Virus record (IMG/VR): IMGVR_UViG_3300044724_001100
Coordinates: 1-28,453 of that record
Origin: a virus
Taxonomy: Duplodnaviria > Caudoviricetes
Reading direction: 5' to 3' (one strand)
DNA: 28,453 nucleotides
Below the pieces are notes generated by a model, which was not told the origin of the DNA, ran no database searches, and was given only the letters and a program-made list of their open reading frames with translations. Positions 1-8,055 of the stretch are shown piece after piece. A program made the position numbers and the translations under genes. Numbering within the stretch: the stretch's first letter is position 1; every line of letters starts with the position of its first letter.

Positions 1-1
1 A

Positions 2-133
2 AAAAGAACTTTAAAACAATGGTACGGATTTTTTAAATGGCTTAATGAAGAAAAATTTATTGAAAATATAAATCTTTATGAATTACAAAAGAAAATTAAT
101 AACTTTGAAAAAATATCTAATGAGGTTAACTAA
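2..133 (+). CDS. 3' end of an upstream ORF (partial, unknown product)
   Basis: Open frame from the window edge (KRTLKQWYGFFKWLNEEKF...EVN*). Its TAA overlaps the erf ATG (TAATG). Confidence 0.6.
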   Translation, partial: KRTLKQWYGFFKWLNEEKFIENINLYELQKKINNFEKISNEVN

Positions 134-654
134 TGAACATTGAAGATATTGAAAGAGAAATTGCACCTTATGCTAATGAACATAATCAGCCGCCATCACT
201 AATTCAATCAGAAGAAATTGGTAGTTTAGTATTAGCTTTATCTAAAGCGCAAGGTGAGTTTCCTATCATTGGTAAAAATCAAACAGCAAAAGCTGGAGCA
301 AGAGTTTATGATTGGGCAGACTTATCAGCAATACACAAAGGTATAAAAGAAATACTAAGTAAGCATGAGTTAGCTATAATTTTTACACCAAATAGAGTTG
401 TAGATAAAAATGGTGTTACCCTAATGTTATCTATGAAGTTATTGCATTCATCCGGAGAATATACTGAAGGTTCACTACCTTTAATGTTAGATCAATCTAC
501 ATCACAAGCAATGGGTTCAGCAATCTCTTACGCTAGAAGATATTTAATGTATTGTATGTTAGATATTTCTACAGATGATGATGATGATGGACAACAAATT
601 ACTGCTGAACAAACAAAAAAAAAGCCAGTAGCATATAACAATTATGGTAGTTAA
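133..654 (+). CDS. erf: ERF-family single-strand annealing protein
   Basis: ALSKAQGEF...YDWADLS, LLHSSGE, QAMGSAISYARRY and acidic DDDDDG motifs typical of the ERF superfamily. Confidence 0.9.
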   Translation: MNIEDIEREIAPYANEHNQPPSLIQSEEIGSLVLALSKAQGEFPIIGKNQTAKAGARVYDWADLSAIHKGIKEILSKHELAIIFTPNRVVDKNGVTLMLSMKLLHSSGEYTEGSLPLMLDQSTSQAMGSAISYARRYLMYCMLDISTDDDDDGQQITAEQTKKKPVAYNNYGS

Positions 655-715
655 GACATTAAGTAATTCACTCAATGGCATTAACAATAAAATTTATTTA
701 AGGAGATTAGCAAAA

Positions 716-1180
716 ATGCAAGAACAAAATAAAAAACCACCTGAATATTATAAAAGTAATATTACCTATTTAGACTTTTATATTAAACGTAATTTTAGTG
801 ACGCTGGACGTAATATTGGTGTTGAATATCAAAGTTGTTTTGTAACTATTTCAAAAGAACAAATTACACATTTATTAAGAGCAATGGGAGACAACAATGA
901 AATTATGTTAACTGGTAAAGGATGGTTAAATGATATTTCTGATCCTAATAAAAGTAATTTACACGTTGAGTTGGTTTCACATAGTCAAAATGATATAGAT
1001 TATTTAGAAAAATATAATGAAAGAAAACAATCTAATAATTTTCAATCTTCTACTTTATCAGATTATTCTAATGCTAAAAATAATTCAAACAATAACCAGT
1101 TTGTAACTGAAAATGATTATACTAATAAGGTTACTAAACCAAATTTAAAAACGGATATGGATGATGACATACCGTTCTAA
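716..1180 (+). CDS. Single-stranded DNA-binding-like protein
   Basis: Asn-rich linker and C-terminal DDDIPF tail; follows erf. AGGAG at 701-705 favours ATG 716 over the 644 start. Confidence 0.7.
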   Translation: MQEQNKKPPEYYKSNITYLDFYIKRNFSDAGRNIGVEYQSCFVTISKEQITHLLRAMGDNNEIMLTGKGWLNDISDPNKSNLHVELVSHSQNDIDYLEKYNERKQSNNFQSSTLSDYSNAKNNSNNNQFVTENDYTNKVTKPNLKTDMDDDIPF

Positions 1181-1433
1181 TAATGAATTTTTTAAGTATG
1201 AAGGTTTTGGTGAGTTACTAACCACTAGAGAAGTTTGTAATATTTGTTGGCAATCAGATGACCACAAAACTAGGTCAAAATTATATCGTTTAATAAAAAA
1301 AGGATTGTTTCCTAAACCAAGAGTAGATTTAGGAACTTCTAAACGTCACAAATTTTACTTTAGTAATGAAGAAATTTTTAGATTTAATAGATCAGGAGAT
1401 TTTGGAAATGGGAATGATAATTCTGTAGGATAA
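1161..1433 (+). CDS. AlpA/excisionase-like helix-turn-helix DNA-binding protein
   Basis: LLTTREVC...LYRLIKKGLFPKP pattern of AlpA/Xis winged HTH proteins. Confidence 0.75.
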   Translation: MMTYRSNNEFFKYEGFGELLTTREVCNICWQSDDHKTRSKLYRLIKKGLFPKPRVDLGTSKRHKFYFSNEEIFRFNRSGDFGNGNDNSVG

Positions 1434-1590
1434 AGTGTCCTAACAAATGTGAGATTGTTTTGAATATATTTTTGTTTGCTGTATGTGGTTTTAACATTAT
1501 GGGAGATACAGCCGAGGATTTAAAATTAGTAATTCGTAAAAATACTACAACTGCGGAAATAATTATTAACGATTAAAATAGGAGATAAAT

Positions 1591-2049
1591 ATGAATAGAG
1601 ATAATATACCACCACTACTTTATGAAAGTGAACAAGATAGAATAAATCAACAAAAAGCTATAGAGTATTTAATGACTAAATGGAATTTTACAGCGTATGA
1701 TTGTCCACCTAATTATCCATTAGATTATTTATGTAAGAGAGATAAAGATACTGTAGCTTTTGTTGAAGTTAGAGTTAGAACTAATAAAATGAATAAATAT
1801 CCCACTATGATATGTTCATTAAAAAAATATAAATTTGCTAAAGAAATTGGTGATTTATTTAACATCCCTATTTTGTTCTTAGTTCATTGGACTGGATGTG
1901 GAACTACAGCTTTTATAGATATGGTCTCCAATGAAGCAAAACTAGACATTCAATTAGTTGATTACAGGAATGATGTTAGGGATTTAGAACCTATAGTCCA
2001 TTGGAGTATTGATAGCTTTACTATATTAAATAAAACAATTCAACACTAA
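1591..2049 (+). CDS. PD-(D/E)XK-superfamily nuclease-like protein
   Basis: YPLDY...AFVEVRVR core, followed by YPTMICS-KK and ILFLVHW. Strong AGGAG RBS. Confidence 0.65.
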   Translation: MNRDNIPPLLYESEQDRINQQKAIEYLMTKWNFTAYDCPPNYPLDYLCKRDKDTVAFVEVRVRTNKMNKYPTMICSLKKYKFAKEIGDLFNIPILFLVHWTGCGTTAFIDMVSNEAKLDIQLVDYRNDVRDLEPIVHWSIDSFTILNKTIQH

Positions 2050-2094
2050 ATTTTTAAAATTTGACCTTCATAGAAGCTCGTACAGACGTTTTTA

Positions 2095-2118
2095 GGTAGT
2101 CTTTGATACTAGACTACC
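2095..2118. terminator. Hairpin between convergent early and late transcription units
   Basis: GGTAGTCT-N8-AGACTACC perfect 8-bp stem at the convergence point. No clear U-tract on either strand. Confidence 0.4.
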
Positions 2119-3217
2119 CTACAGATTTAGACCTTTTGTAGTTTAAAAACTCTGCTCCTTCTTCAGGATCACTAAAACAAGTCACAAAAGATTGCTCTGA
2201 TTTAGCATCAGGATCAACTACCACAAAGATACTTTCAAAACCTTGTGCATGAGCATCAAATTCAAAATTTAATCTTTCATGTGCGTAACTATCCCACCAC
2301 TTATAACCTTTAGCTCTACATACCCATACAGTCTCACCACTTTCATCTAAAGGTGTTTGCATGATGCTACCAGTATGTAAATGTCCGGCTATGTATAAAT
2401 GACATCCACGTCCTTGACCTAACATAGCAGCTCTTAATACTCCATGTAATTTATTGTAAATACTTGAGCCTTTAAAGTTATGTTTGTTATACATTTTAAA
2501 TTCCCTACCATTAGGAAATTGAAAATTAACTTTTATACCCCAATCATCTTCAAGAATATTTTTTGGTTTTAACATCCATTTAACTGGATCACCTGATCCT
2601 GACCATGCACCATGATTACCACTAATTGCACAAATAGGATTACATCCTTCTTCAGATACTAACCATTGTACTAATTGCCATGCTTGGTGAGTAGTTGTCT
2701 CAGAATAGGCGTAGTTTCTAGCCAAGAAGCCTATCCAATTATCTAAATGGTCGCCAATCATAATACCTCTTACGTGAGGTTTATTGTCTTGTACTACCTT
2801 AATATGTTTTAATAATGTAGGTATATCTGCATGAGGACTATCAATGTGAATATCACCAAAGACATTAAATCCTACAGCACCATCAATATTAACTTTAATT
2901 TTAGTTTCATCTTTATATATTTTGTGAGCTTTTTTCTTTTCAAAACTCGTAGCCATTTTTTCTAATAGTTGATCTACTGGTAATTCATCAGATGGTATAA
3001 ATGGTACTTGAAACGCTTCAAATGAAGATTCTTTTTTTTGCTCTACATTTCCTGATTCTTCTAAATCTACTAATGATCTAGCTTGTTTTAAACGTGATTT
3101 TAAAGCGTATATAGTTAAACCAAGTTCAGTAGCTAACCCTTGTTGATTTTTTAATCTTTTACCTTCTCCAACATCTTCTAGTTGTTGTAAAAGCCTTCTA
3201 GCTTCTTGTATTAACAT
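2114..3217 (-). CDS. Calcineurin-like metallophosphoesterase with N-terminal HTH
   Basis: All five motifs present: GDIH, GDHLD, GNH, H, GHLH. N-terminal QQGLATELGLTIYALKSRL resembles an HTH. Confidence 0.85.
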   Translation of the reverse strand: MLIQEARRLLQQLEDVGEGKRLKNQQGLATELGLTIYALKSRLKQARSLVDLEESGNVEQKKESSFEAFQVPFIPSDELPVDQLLEKMATSFEKKKAHKIYKDETKIKVNIDGAVGFNVFGDIHIDSPHADIPTLLKHIKVVQDNKPHVRGIMIGDHLDNWIGFLARNYAYSETTTHQAWQLVQWLVSEEGCNPICAISGNHGAWSGSGDPVKWMLKPKNILEDDWGIKVNFQFPNGREFKMYNKHNFKGSSIYNKLHGVLRAAMLGQGRGCHLYIAGHLHTGSIMQTPLDESGETVWVCRAKGYKWWDSYAHERLNFEFDAHAQGFESIFVVVDPDAKSEQSFVTCFSDPEEGAEFLNYKRSKSVG

Positions 3218-3513
3218 GATTGAAATCTATTACATTTTCCACTTGTTAGCATTTTTTCAGATATACTTTCACCCCCCACCATTATATCAGCAATAATTAA
3301 GCCACCATCCATTTTAGTCTTAATAGAAAATTTTTGTGGCATAATACTTGTTAAATAATCTTTAGCATCTTGACCAGCTACACCACTAGGACTTTCAATG
3401 TTTAAAAGTTTTATTTTCATGTTTTGTAAAATAATACAAAAACCTAAATCTATATTACAACGTACAGTATCACCTGAAACAACTCTTATTAAATTAGCTT
3501 TATAAATATACAT
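3211..3513 (-). CDS. SNase (thermonuclease)-like protein with degenerate active site
   Basis: YKANLIRVVSGDTV..NIDLGF N-terminus of the phage SNase family; later catalytic motifs are altered. Confidence 0.7.
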   Translation of the reverse strand: MYIYKANLIRVVSGDTVRCNIDLGFCIILQNMKIKLLNIESPSGVAGQDAKDYLTSIMPQKFSIKTKMDGGLIIADIMVGGESISEKMLTSGKCNRFQSC

Positions 3514-3514
3514 T

Positions 3515-3649
3515 TTATTCTTCAGATTGTTTTGTTGTAATTTCTATTTTAATGTCCTGATCTTTTGGTATATCAGCATTTAACAATACTCTAGCTGAAC
3601 CACATCCAGTTAACATTAATACAGTAATACAAATAATAAAATTTTTCAT
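3515..3649 (-). CDS. Small lipoprotein, 44 aa (o-spanin-like or lysis regulator candidate)
   Basis: Not in the ORF track. MKNFIICITVLMLTGC|GSARVLL...; LTGC lipobox; AGGAG RBS upstream. Confidence 0.75.
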   Translation of the reverse strand: MKNFIICITVLMLTGCGSARVLLNADIPKDQDIKIEITTKQSEE

Positions 3650-3661
3650 TTTTTACTCCTT

Positions 3662-4225
3662 TTAACGTGTGATTAAATACAATACTTCGGAAATTTTCAT
3701 AGCTGACGCTTTTACAGTTTTTAAATTAGGTGATGTTCCATTTTGATATGTAACTAAAAGAACGCCCCAAGCGTCCTCAGATGACATTATAGGACAAGCT
3801 ATATTAGGAACATTTCTTTCAAGAGAAGTACATTGGCTTAAAACAAAGTTTCCAATAACATATTCATCACCCTCCATCCAATAACCAGTAGGTAATAAAT
3901 TTTCACTATTTCTAGGTTCAGTAATTAAAGGAACTAAATTCCTAGCATCTACCCAATCATATAACCATATTGATTCGATACTTCTGTCATACCTAAGAAG
4001 TCTAGTAATTAAATCTTCTACTTTAATTACTTTTTCAGGATCATTTTCAAATACCTCTACTATTGGTATTTCAGTATCTTCTTCTACACTAAGATTTGTA
4101 TATTGTTGAAAGCCAATATAAGCAATTACAGAAACTACAATTAATCCTGTAATTTTCATAACAAAAGCTGACCAACTTTGTTCAGGTGAAATAATACTTT
4201 TTATTGTGTTAATAATTTCATTCAT
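3662..4225 (-). CDS. Single-TM membrane protein with GAF-like C-terminal domain (T4 T-type holin candidate)
   Basis: One TM segment near aa 20-40, then SIWLYDW...QC...IACPI...WGVLLVTY...helix, a GAF-like pattern with two Cys. Confidence 0.5.
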   Translation of the reverse strand: MNEIINTIKSIISPEQSWSAFVMKITGLIVVSVIAYIGFQQYTNLSVEEDTEIPIVEVFENDPEKVIKVEDLITRLLRYDRSIESIWLYDWVDARNLVPLITEPRNSENLLPTGYWMEGDEYVIGNFVLSQCTSLERNVPNIACPIMSSEDAWGVLLVTYQNGTSPNLKTVKASAMKISEVLYLITR

Positions 4226-4429
4226 TTACTTTTCTACCATAGTTTGTGTTTCTATATCGTATTTAAATGTTTCTGTATCATACGATTTATCAGTAGACAC
4301 AAAACCTACACAACTTTTTCTAAATTCTAATAAATCATCCATATCATTTAAGTCACCATAACCTAAATAATATTCTAATAATTCACCTTCAGAATTATAA
4401 AAATATCCTCTTAACTTTTCAAAAGCCAT
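4226..4429 (-). CDS. Small acidic protein, possible tail-tip/fibre assembly factor (67 aa)
   Basis: TAATG-coupled start MAFEKLRGYF at 4429, directly after the tail-tip C-terminal fragment. Confidence 0.55.
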   Translation of the reverse strand: MAFEKLRGYFYNSEGELLEYYLGYGDLNDMDDLLEFRKSCVGFVSTDKSYDTETFKYDIETQTMVEK

Positions 4430-5394
4430 TATCTTTTTAACTCCGTTATAGTTAATCCACTTCCACCAAATATCCAATATTGATCTGTTGTTTCAGTTGT
4501 TTCATACAAAAATAAAGCGTATTTAGTTCCAGTAGTCCCTGTAACTCCAGTAGCACTATCTATAAAGCTAGTAGAATAATTACCTTGTATACCCTCTGTA
4601 GAACTTTGACTTGTTGCGTCACCAGTACCTAAAAAAGTACAAAAGTTACCACCATCAGTAGCTTTTTCCCAATAAGTGTTAGATGGTAATTTTTGTAAAA
4701 CAATGGCATAAGAATATTTATTGGTTGCTATAGTTCTTTTAGAAGCCATTGCATTAGCATTTATTAATAAACCAGCTACTGTACTAGGAATAGTACCCAA
4801 AGTTATTTCATTACAAATAAAACCATTTAAGGTAACTACACTTGAACCATTGTAATAAGATATAGAATCTTGAGTAGTGCTTTCACCAGTAACACTAGAA
4901 CTTACAACAGAATTAAATACACCTGATACAGCGTTTAAAGTAATATCTCCAGTATTAACAGAAGAAAAAGATGCTGTAACTTCACTACTATAACTAGATG
5001 CTACAACACTTGTATTTACAGCTCTTACAGTAAAATAATATGTTTGATTTTGTGAAAAAGTAACTGAGTCATAAACTAAATTATATTCTTGATTAGCTGA
5101 CCTTACTGCATCTATAGAACCAATAAGATTTTTAGTACCACCTGAAGATGTGGAATAATATATTTCTACTGATTTTAAATCTTTATCACTAGGATTAGTC
5201 CAAAATAACGTAATAGCTAAAGGATCACTAGACGCTGATAAACTTGTAGGAATAGATGGTGTAGAACTAGATGCTGGTACTGATATTTGTTGTACATTGT
5301 TAAATGCACTATAATTACCTGCCATGTTTCTAGCACGAACTTTTACATCATAGCTTTTTCCTGAACTTATACCCACTATTGGTAATTTTGTCAT
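4429..5394 (-). CDS. Tail-tip (J-like) C-terminal part: half FN3, full FN3 and putative receptor-binding domain
   Basis: Begins with FN3 strands E-F-G (IVGISSGKSYDVKVRARNMAGNYS), then PTSLSA..ITLFWTNPSDKDL..VEIY..YYFTVRAVN. Confidence 0.8.
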   Translation of the reverse strand: MTKLPIVGISSGKSYDVKVRARNMAGNYSAFNNVQQISVPASSSTPSIPTSLSASSDPLAITLFWTNPSDKDLKSVEIYYSTSSGGTKNLIGSIDAVRSANQEYNLVYDSVTFSQNQTYYFTVRAVNTSVVASSYSSEVTASFSSVNTGDITLNAVSGVFNSVVSSSVTGESTTQDSISYYNGSSVVTLNGFICNEITLGTIPSTVAGLLINANAMASKRTIATNKYSYAIVLQKLPSNTYWEKATDGGNFCTFLGTGDATSQSSTEGIQGNYSTSFIDSATGVTGTTGTKYALFLYETTETTDQYWIFGGSGLTITELKR

Positions 5395-5777
5395 TTTCTT
5401 GCTACACCTTTACTTTTTTCAAAACTTCTACTAGCAGATAGTCCTAACATACCCATTAACACTGGATATAACATTGCTAAATCAAACTCAGGAAATTTAA
5501 AATCTAATCCAAATGCTCTTAAAACAACTTCTAAAATAGGTTGTGCCATTGCATGATAAGTTATAGCTATTCCACATGACCAACCTATAAAAGGTCTCCA
5601 TCCACTAACAAATAATGAACTGTGTTTAGCTTCTTCTTTGTTAACTTCTATTTGTGCTAAATCTAATTTTTGTAAACCACTCAGTAATTCATGTTCTAAT
5701 TTTAATTTTAAATCTTTGTCTTGAACAAATTTATCAAGAGTTTTTGTAATTGATGGTAGTAAAGATAATAAATTCAT
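5391..5777 (-). CDS. Holin, GTA-type 3TM family
   Basis: QIEVNKEEAKHSSLFVSGWRPFIGW and LMGMLGL..RSFEKSKG motifs. Confidence 0.85.
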   Translation of the reverse strand: MNLLSLLPSITKTLDKFVQDKDLKLKLEHELLSGLQKLDLAQIEVNKEEAKHSSLFVSGWRPFIGWSCGIAITYHAMAQPILEVVLRAFGLDFKFPEFDLAMLYPVLMGMLGLSASRSFEKSKGVARK

Positions 5778-5784
5778 TTTTCAC

Positions 5785-5952
5785 CTAAAAAAAAGATAAT
5801 TTAACTAACAGTCCAATAACAGTAGCTGTTGAGCCAATCATAAGTTGTTCAATTCTTACTAAACGTGCCTTAATATTGTCATATTTCTCTAAACATAATT
5901 TTTCGTGATCCTTTATTTTTTGATCTACTATTGCTACTGTTGGTTTAGTCAT
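5785..5952 (-). CDS. Small coiled-coil protein with C-terminal TM helix (XhlA-like lysis accessory, 55 aa)
   Basis: Not in the ORF track. MTKPTVAIVDQKIKDHEKLCLEKYDNIKARLVRIEQLMIGSTATVIGLLVKLSFF; TAATG-coupled to the J-like gene. Confidence 0.75.
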   Translation of the reverse strand: MTKPTVAIVDQKIKDHEKLCLEKYDNIKARLVRIEQLMIGSTATVIGLLVKLSFF

Positions 5953-7640
5953 TATACATCCCTCAATACACTTAATGTTTCATAATTAGATGCTGTACTT
6001 TCTTTCCAGTAAACATCATATTCAATAATATGTGGATCAGCAGCATCATCAGTTATTGTAACTTCTATTGAATCTTGAATTGTTCCATCCTCAGCAGTAT
6101 TACTAACAATAGCTAAACTAGAAGTAGGAATAGCAACATTCATATAATTAGTCGCTGTTGGTGCTGATGTTTGTGTATATCCAATTTCTTCAGCGCTTGT
6201 CCATCCATATACTAAGGCATCAGTTTCTTTTAAAGTAACTGCTACACCTAAAATGTTATCTTGATTTTCTAAACTCCAGTTAACAATTTCAAAAGTTTTA
6301 TTTTGATAACCTAATGATGGTAATGTAACGTTAACAACTTGCATAGGTTCTAAAGCAAATTGTTTTAATGATAACAACATTGTAATCATTACTTGCCTTC
6401 TATTTTTCTCTAAACTAATTTTAGCTATTCTTTCACATTCAACCGCTGTATTAGTCATTGGCAAAGGTAATTCTTTTTCTAAAATTTGACCATCTTCTGT
6501 AATTGCTGTAGTTGATTTAATAGTGGCATAATCCGCTGGAACATTATCTGTTTCATCACCCATAAAAACACCTTTTATAGTGTTAAATTGATCTCTGCGT
6601 GAATTTTTAGTGTGAATATCTACAGTACCTACAATATCATTTTCAGTAATAGTAGCAGTAGGTGATCTGTATTCTCCACCATATAGTTTAAATTTTCCAC
6701 CTGAATATACTAAGTTACCAGCAAGTGAAGTAGTTAAAGTTTGTAAATTATCTTGAAAAGAACTAGCAGTATCTAATACACCATTACAAGTGTATCTTTT
6801 TTGAGTTGACCCATCAGCTAAAGTTACTGTTTCATCACATAAATTTGCAGCTGAACTAAAAGTTGTATCATCTATTCTTGATGTAGAAACACCTAATCCA
6901 TATTCAGTATTTGTTAAATAATCTCTAATAGCTAAAGCAGGATTATCACTCCATGCTGTAGTATTATTTCTAGGATCAAATATTTTTGCTCCTTTTACTT
7001 TTGCAGTTATATTAGGAATACCATTAACGTATATTTCTTGATTATAACCAAGGATTATAGGTAAACAAGCTATGCCTTTAAAAGTATCTGAAGATGTTAA
7101 CTCAGTATATGTAACAAAATTTGTATTTTGTGTTTGTCCTGTTTGTCCTTTCATAGATGTATCAATATTAGCAAAATGATTACCTGAAGATGGATTTGGA
7201 TAATATCTTGATGGTGCTTCTACTTGACCATTTACTATAGTTAATTCTTCACCATCAAAATAAACTGTTTCAAAATCCTCTACTTCATGTCCTACCATTC
7301 CTAGCAAAATATATAAATTTCCTCTATCTACAGTTCCACCACTTTCACTTTCAGAAATAAAAAGTATTGTGCCACCTAGTACAGCACGTCCATAAACTAT
7401 TTTTCTACTTTGAATAGGACTTCTTATAGTATCGGTTCTTCCCATCATAGTAGACATTTTTGGTATCATAGATTGAGCTGCAAAAAACAATGGAGTACCA
7501 ATTATTATTGTTTTAGCTGTCCATGCTATTGCATTATAAGCAGCCATTTGACCTGCTGTATATACACCACCACCTGATCCAACAATAGTTCCGGCTATCC
7601 ATTTAGCTGCACCAGTAATAGCTGCTCCGATTGCTTCCAT
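5952..7640 (-). CDS. Tail-tip / host-specificity protein (lambda J-like), N-terminal part
   Basis: RKIVYGRAVLGG, GIPNITAKVKGAKIFDPR...WSDNPALAIRDYLT, RYTCNG motifs. Ends after the first four strands of an FN3 domain. Confidence 0.9.
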   Translation of the reverse strand: MEAIGAAITGAAKWIAGTIVGSGGGVYTAGQMAAYNAIAWTAKTIIIGTPLFFAAQSMIPKMSTMMGRTDTIRSPIQSRKIVYGRAVLGGTILFISESESGGTVDRGNLYILLGMVGHEVEDFETVYFDGEELTIVNGQVEAPSRYYPNPSSGNHFANIDTSMKGQTGQTQNTNFVTYTELTSSDTFKGIACLPIILGYNQEIYVNGIPNITAKVKGAKIFDPRNNTTAWSDNPALAIRDYLTNTEYGLGVSTSRIDDTTFSSAANLCDETVTLADGSTQKRYTCNGVLDTASSFQDNLQTLTTSLAGNLVYSGGKFKLYGGEYRSPTATITENDIVGTVDIHTKNSRRDQFNTIKGVFMGDETDNVPADYATIKSTTAITEDGQILEKELPLPMTNTAVECERIAKISLEKNRRQVMITMLLSLKQFALEPMQVVNVTLPSLGYQNKTFEIVNWSLENQDNILGVAVTLKETDALVYGWTSAEEIGYTQTSAPTATNYMNVAIPTSSLAIVSNTAEDGTIQDSIEVTITDDAADPHIIEYDVYWKESTASNYETLSVLRDV

Positions 7641-7641
7641 G

Positions 7642-8055
7642 TTAAATCCTTAAACTTCTTACGTTAAAAAAATGTTCCCCAACATCTAAATCAAAGGTTT
7701 TTAATCCTTCTTTTGATGGTGCTAATAATTTATTTTTATAATAAACTAATGATATATCTTTAAAACTATCATCTATTCTAGCAATGGTAGATGTGGCAAT
7801 GTCACCATCTTTTAGTTTATTAATATTAGTATGTTGTCTAAAACGAACATCAAAAATATCAAACATTGATTTGTATTTTAATTTTTTCATTAATTTTTTT
7901 ACACTATCAACATCATGCCAATTTCCAATACCTTTAGCATGATTAATACCAGTAACTATTTCTACCGCTTCATTAGCAAATAAAATACAATCATTAGTAC
8001 CCCATTTAAAAGGTTCTTGTAGTTTACGTTCTACAAAATCATCTAATATATTCAT
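7642..8055 (-). CDS. NlpC/P60-like tail assembly protein
   Basis: PFKWGTNDC motif and GDI; conserved position between the hub and J genes. Confidence 0.75.
   Translation of the reverse strand: MNILDDFVERKLQEPFKWGTNDCILFANEAVEIVTGINHAKGIGNWHDVDSVKKLMKKLKYKSMFDIFDVRFRQHTNINKLKDGDIATSTIARIDDSFKDISLVYYKNKLLAPSKEGLKTFDLDVGEHFFNVRSLRI

Noticed and set aside
644-715. N-terminal extension of the SSB-like ORF
   Set aside because: AGGAG at 701-705 points to ATG 716; the extension has no RBS.
4430-4477. Longer start for the 4226 ORF (MDIWWKW...)
   Set aside because: Overlaps the upstream gene; the TAATG-coupled start at 4429 is more plausible.
5395-5951. Group I/II intron or intein explaining the J split
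   Set aside because: The gap is almost entirely filled by two ORFs with normal RBS/coupling. No intron core, homing endonuclease or intein terminal motifs (Cys/Ser...His-Asn) are visible.
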